Assembly (NCBI RefSeq): GCF_001194135.2
Contig: NC_068985.1
Location: forward strand, 41,793,854 to 41,857,853
DNA length: 64,000 nucleotides
Source of the DNA: Octopus bimaculoides
Taxonomy: Eukaryota
Direction: 5' to 3'
The first letter of the stretch is position 1; every line of letters starts with the position of its first letter. Below, one piece after another: positions 59,201 through 64,000 of the stretch. The position numbers were made by a program, and so were the translations under genes. The notes below the pieces were generated by a model, which was not told where the DNA came from, did no database searches, and was given only the letters and a program-made list of their open reading frames with translations.

Positions 59201-62068
59201 CTACCTCATGGAGAAAGAAAATGGCAAATTGTCGTTTCCTTTTGTGAAAGAATTTTCGGTCCAATACTTTAATTTACCTTTTCCGGCAAAGTTTTATCAC
59301 TTCACTCGTTTTACAAGACGCATATAATGGTAAAGAAATACCCTGGGCTATGTGTGTGTGTGTATTTAACAAAAAGAAGAAAAAAAAACACGAGGGTATA
59401 ATGCAAGAACTATTCGGCTGCTATTTCTAGCGTCCCTTTTCTCTATATAGTAGTTAGTGGCAATGATAGTAAATAGTTGCTAAGTTCTTGTTCTTATTGA
59501 AAATTTGTTTTTGCTGTAAATATATGGGCCAAGTATTTTCCACCGCTGACGATACTAGTTCACCATTAGGGTTGCACGAATGTGTAGCTATAGCAGTTTG
59601 TCGTTTTGATTTTTTTTTTTTTTTTTAGACAGGGTGGAATTTAACATTTCGTTTGTTTTGTGTTTCTGCCAAAGGAGGTACATCTGACCGCATTTTACTG
59701 ATAATGATTTCTTGCATAAGGCTGCATATTTTGGCATAGTTGATTATTTATTACATAGACCACAGTCAACGAGTGAAGTGCTGGATTTTCTAAGTAATAA
59801 TTCGACCTGCTAGAAATTACAACCAAATCACCTTCGAATTACATTCTAATTTCTTAAAGAAAATACATTCGATAATGTAGTCGGGTATCTTGGAAATTAA
59901 ATTTTATATTACAGCCGACTTAATAGTTAAAAACAAAAATAACTACTTTGTTTTACCTATCGTCTAATACTAAAAAGCAAAGTTTATCTCGACGAGATTT
60001 GAATTTAGTCCGTAAAGGTACGTCACTAAAAGGCCACAACAATGCAACGCTCACTAACAACAGTTTCTGCCAATTATGAGGTGGGTGGTTGATCAGATCG
60101 ATTCCAGCACTTAACAGGTACTTCATTTTGTGGATCCTGGAAGCATGTAAATTACAGTCGTCCCCAGCGGGATTTGAACACAGAACGTAAAATGACATAA
60201 CTAAATACTACAAAGTGTTTTGTCCATCGTTTTACCGATTCCACCATAGACAATAATAATAGTTATCTATTCTAACGAAGCTACAAATTTGTAGCGAGAT
60301 GGTTCGTCGATAAAAATCGACTCCTGGATTTCACTGGTATTTTATTTTATCAATTCCGAAATTGTCCTCTGCAGGATTTGAACTAACAACCTAAAGAACT
60401 AGGATGAAAAGCAAAGTTGACCGTGGCAGAATTTGAACTCAAAGCGTAAGGATGGACGAAATGCCGCTAAGCATTCTGCCTGGCATGCTAACTATTCTAC
60501 CAACTCGCCGCCTTGTTTTACAGTACACTTCCATGCAAGCATGGAACAATGGATGTTAAAATTCTGATGGAATTCACTGAGGCAGATTTTCTTTGGTAGG
60601 ATGCTTTTCCTATTGCCAACCCTCACCTGTTTCCAAGTAACGTAATATTTCCCCAAGGCCAGATAAGTTCTTACAGAAGACTGGAAATGAAGGCGACTGT
60701 TTAAGTGTCCACCATCCTTAAAGAACTGCTTACGTAAGTTCAAAGGTACAGATGAGAGTATGGATAGGGTGAATCGCGAGAGCCTTGCACCTTTTGTCAA
60801 CTTTGCCTTTCATCCTTTCGGGGTTGATGAAATAAGTACCAGTTANNNNNNNNNNNNNNNNNNNNNNNNNNNNNNNNNNNNNNNNNNNNNNNNNNNNNNN
60901 NNNNNNNNNNNNNNNNNNNNNNNNNNNNNNNNNNNNNNNNNNNNNCTCTCCCCCACACTTCACATTGTCTCCCTATGTCTCATCTGTTGACACTTTTATT
61001 GTGCTATTGATTGCTCTCCAGCCCTCCCCCTTTTTATGTATTACCATTTATCACCTCCTTCTCTCTGACCCACCCCAATATTCCTTATATCCCACCATAC
61101 AGATTCACCATTGCCAACGTCTCCATGTTTATCATTCACTGTATCTCATCCTATCCTTATCCTTACCAACTATTACTCTCCTTTTACACTTTTGCAAATC
61201 TACCTACCTAGCTACTCTTGATTTTTGGTCCCTATTCTGTTTTTATGCACCTTCTTGTAACTTAAGGACATACCCTGATACCTCATCTCCATTCTTTCTC
61301 TCTTTCAGGATGGGATGCTGTGTGTCTTCCCTACAATAAGACACCTGTTCCTATCATACCTAATACTCTAAACACCTGGCATAAAACCACCGCCCTTAAT
61401 ACTTCACCCTCACTCTCCCAAGGAACACTCTTGTCTTGTAGGTTACTTAGTGATCTTACTAGTGCTGGTGCTGTGACAAAAAAATTACCCATTACACTCT
61501 GTGGTTGGTATTAAGAAGAGCATCCAAGCATAGAATCCTTGCCAAAGTAGACATTGGATCTCAACACAAGCCTCTGACTTGGATCATGTTGAACTGCCCA
61601 ACCCATGTCTGCGTGGAATATAGATGTTGATAGATACATGTATGTAAAAATGTAATATGTATATGCATGTGTGTGTGTGTGTGTGTGCATATGTATGTAT
61701 ATATGTGTGTGTGATGCTGATGTTGATCATCATCATCTTTGCTAGCATTGGTTGGTTGGTTGAACTGGAACATGTCAGCATGGGGAGAGCAGATATTAAA
61801 TGATTATGATGATGCATACATGTTGTGTGTGAGGGTTTGGGTGTGTATCTAAAATAGTAGTAGTAGTAGTATGTTAGTTGTCAGTGTTCTTGCTGCTGAT
61901 GCTTGTTCACTGTCATGTTTCACTTTTTTGTATAGTTAATCATTGTCTCTGTCAGCGGTGCTTGCCCACTGTGGAGTTGAGTAAACAGCTATTGATAGGA
62001 TGGTATCTTTAGATGTTATTCTTGCTTCAAGAAACTTCTTTATGCTACCTGTTTTCCTCCCCACCATA

Positions 62069-62100
<32 letters not shown>

Positions 62101-62480
62101 CTTTTACATGGTTCAGTCATTTGACTGCAGCCATGCTGGAGCACTGCCTTTAAGAATTTTAATCAAAGAAATCGACCCCAGAACTTATTCTATCAGTCAT
62201 TTTTGCTGAACCATTAACTTATGGGGACATAAACACACCACCATCGGTTGTGAGGCAATGGTGGTGGTGGGAAACAAATACAGACACAAAGACACACATA
62301 GATATATATACAACAGGCTTCTTTCAGTTTCTGTCTACCAAATCCACTATCAACCACTATCAAGGCTTTGATCGGCCTTAGGCTGTAGTAGAAGACACTT
62401 GTTCCAGGTGCCAGGCAGTGAGACTGAACCTGGAACTATGTAGTTGGGAAGCAAGCTTCTTACCACGCGGTCACGCCTGG
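62101..62480 (-). mobile_element. CORE-like SINE (family A)
   Basis: Reverse complement of family A head, core and tail. Confidence 0.8.
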
Positions 62481-62829
62481 ACCATCATCATTTAATGTCA
62501 GCTTTCCATGCTGGCATGGGTTGGATGGTTTGACAGGAGCTGGCCAGCTGAAGAGTTGCCTGGGCTCCATGACTGTTTTGGCATAGTTTCTATGGTGGAT
62601 ACCTTTCCTAACTCCAACCACTCTATAGAGTGTACTGGATACTTTTACAATGCATCAGCATAGGCACTTTTACATAGCACAGGCACAGGTGCTTTTTATG
62701 TGGCACAAGCACCCACAAAATTAGGATCACTCAGCTGAAGAAGGATATAGGGGACATGGCTGTATGCAACGACAACCATGATTTTACTTAGCTTGATGTG
62801 TCTTCTCAAACAGTGAACTGCAAGAGGTC

Positions 62830-62893
<64 letters not shown>

Positions 62894-62895
<2 letters not shown>

Positions 62896-63296
62896 CTCTT
62901 TTACTTGTTTCAGTCATTTGACTGTGGCCATGCTGGAGCACCGCCTTTAGTCGAGCAAATCGACCCCAAGACTTATTCTTTGTAAACCTAATACTTATTC
63001 TATCAGTCTCTTTTGCCGAACCACTAAGTTATGGGGACATAAACACACCAGCATCGGTTGTCAAGCGATGTTGGTGGGGGGACAAACACAAACACACAAA
63101 CATATACACACACATACATATACATAAATATACGACGGGCTTCTTTCAGTTTCCGTCTACCAAATCAACTCACAAGGCTTTGGTCGGCCCGAGGCTACAG
63201 TAGAAGATACTTGCCCAATGTGCCACACAGTGGGACTGAACCCAGAACCATGTGGTTCATAAGCAAGGTACTTACCACACAGCCACTTCTATGCCT
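62894..63296 (-). mobile_element. CORE-like SINE (family A), young CpG-retaining copy
   Basis: Full head-core-tail, few changes relative to other copies. Confidence 0.85.
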
Positions 63297-63310
63297 ATGT
63301 ATATATATAT

Positions 63311-63778
63311 ATCATCGTCATCTTTTAACATCTACTTTCCATGCTGGCATGGATTGGATGGTTTGAATGAGGACTGGCAAGCCAGGAGGCTGCACCAGGC
63401 TCCAGTCTGATCTTGCAAGGTTTCTACAGCTGGATGCCCTTCCTAACACCAACCTCTCTGAGAGTGTAATGGGTACCTTTTACGTGCCACCGGCATGGGT
63501 GCCAGTCAGGTGGTACTGGCATCAGCCATGACAGCGATTTTACTTGACTCAATAGGTCTTCTCAAGCACAGCACATTGCTTGACAATTGAAGGGAACTCT
63601 TAAATGGGCCAGTTATGCGACACTAGCATAGACCATAGCTATAATCTCACTTAGCTTGCTGGGTCATCTCAAGCACAACATATCTCCAAAGATCTCGGTC
63701 GCTTGTCATTGCCTCAGTAATGTCCAACGTTCGAAGGTCATGCTTCACCACTGCATCCCAGATCTTCCTGGGTCTACA
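63311..63778 (-). mobile_element. RTE LINE 3' end with tail
   Basis: GRPRKIWDAVVKHDLRTL-like end plus the shared tail. Confidence 0.75.
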
Positions 63779-63852
63779 AAATCAAAAACAAACAATGCAG
63801 ACGTGCCAAATTAAAAATATAAAAAATAGCGACAATTCACCCATTGCACCCT

Positions 63853-64000
63853 CACCCAGTCAACATCACGGTATTTGGAGTGATCACTAGTGATGGTGAC
63901 ATTATGCTTCCATTCATCTTCTCACATGGCCTCAGACTCAACATGGAGGTCTACATCAAGTGACTGAAGGAGATAGTGCTGCCCTGGGTCAAAAGGGTGG
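63853..64000 (+). mobile_element. Same mariner family, central fragment, continues beyond window
   Basis: HPVNITVFGVITSDGDIMLPFIFSHGLRLNMEVYIK*LKEIVLPWVKRV. Confidence 0.7.

Noticed and set aside
59953-60198. 81-aa minus-strand ORF ending at a donor-like GTAAAA
   Set aside because: The first half derives from a family B SINE and the rest has no recognisable homology
60965-61339. 124-aa hydrophobic ORF (and the similar 36134-36403)
   Set aside because: Low-complexity pyrimidine-rich repeat body present in two copies; the amino-acid bias follows from base composition
61900-62050. Possible terminal exon GSIKKFLEARITSK...DRDND* on the minus strand
   Set aside because: Acceptor lacks a pyrimidine tract and the peptide is not recognisable

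Overview
AT-rich eukaryotic genomic DNA with nine N gaps and many microsatellites. The repeat landscape (tRNA-headed SINEs, RTE LINE tails ending in (GAT)n) suggests an octopus or other coleoid cephalopod; this is an inference. The left three quarters hold one gene on the minus strand, tubulin-specific chaperone D (TBCD). I reconstructed 32 coding exons by hand from ATG 47485 down to 1150. All splice phases are compatible, giving 3167 nt (1055 codons + 2 nt), and the last exons lie beyond the left edge. One intron has a GC donor. The introns and the intergenic right quarter contain SINEs, RTE LINE 3' fragments, Tc1 and mariner relics, MITEs, an internally deleted Merlin/ISXO2-type element with TIRs, and an internally deleted Helitron. 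The most unusual object is a tRNA-headed insertion at 3186-3534. It carries a minimal type I hammerhead ribozyme motif, an 81-bp perfect inverted duplication and a 10-bp target-site duplication, resembling a Penelope-type insertion. Other items worth checking are a possible duplicated, mutually exclusive TBCD exon, a telomeric-repeat patch in the Helitron helicase, a spacerless 76-bp palindrome and a CpG-retention domain upstream of TBCD. Most ORFs in the supplied track are spurious.
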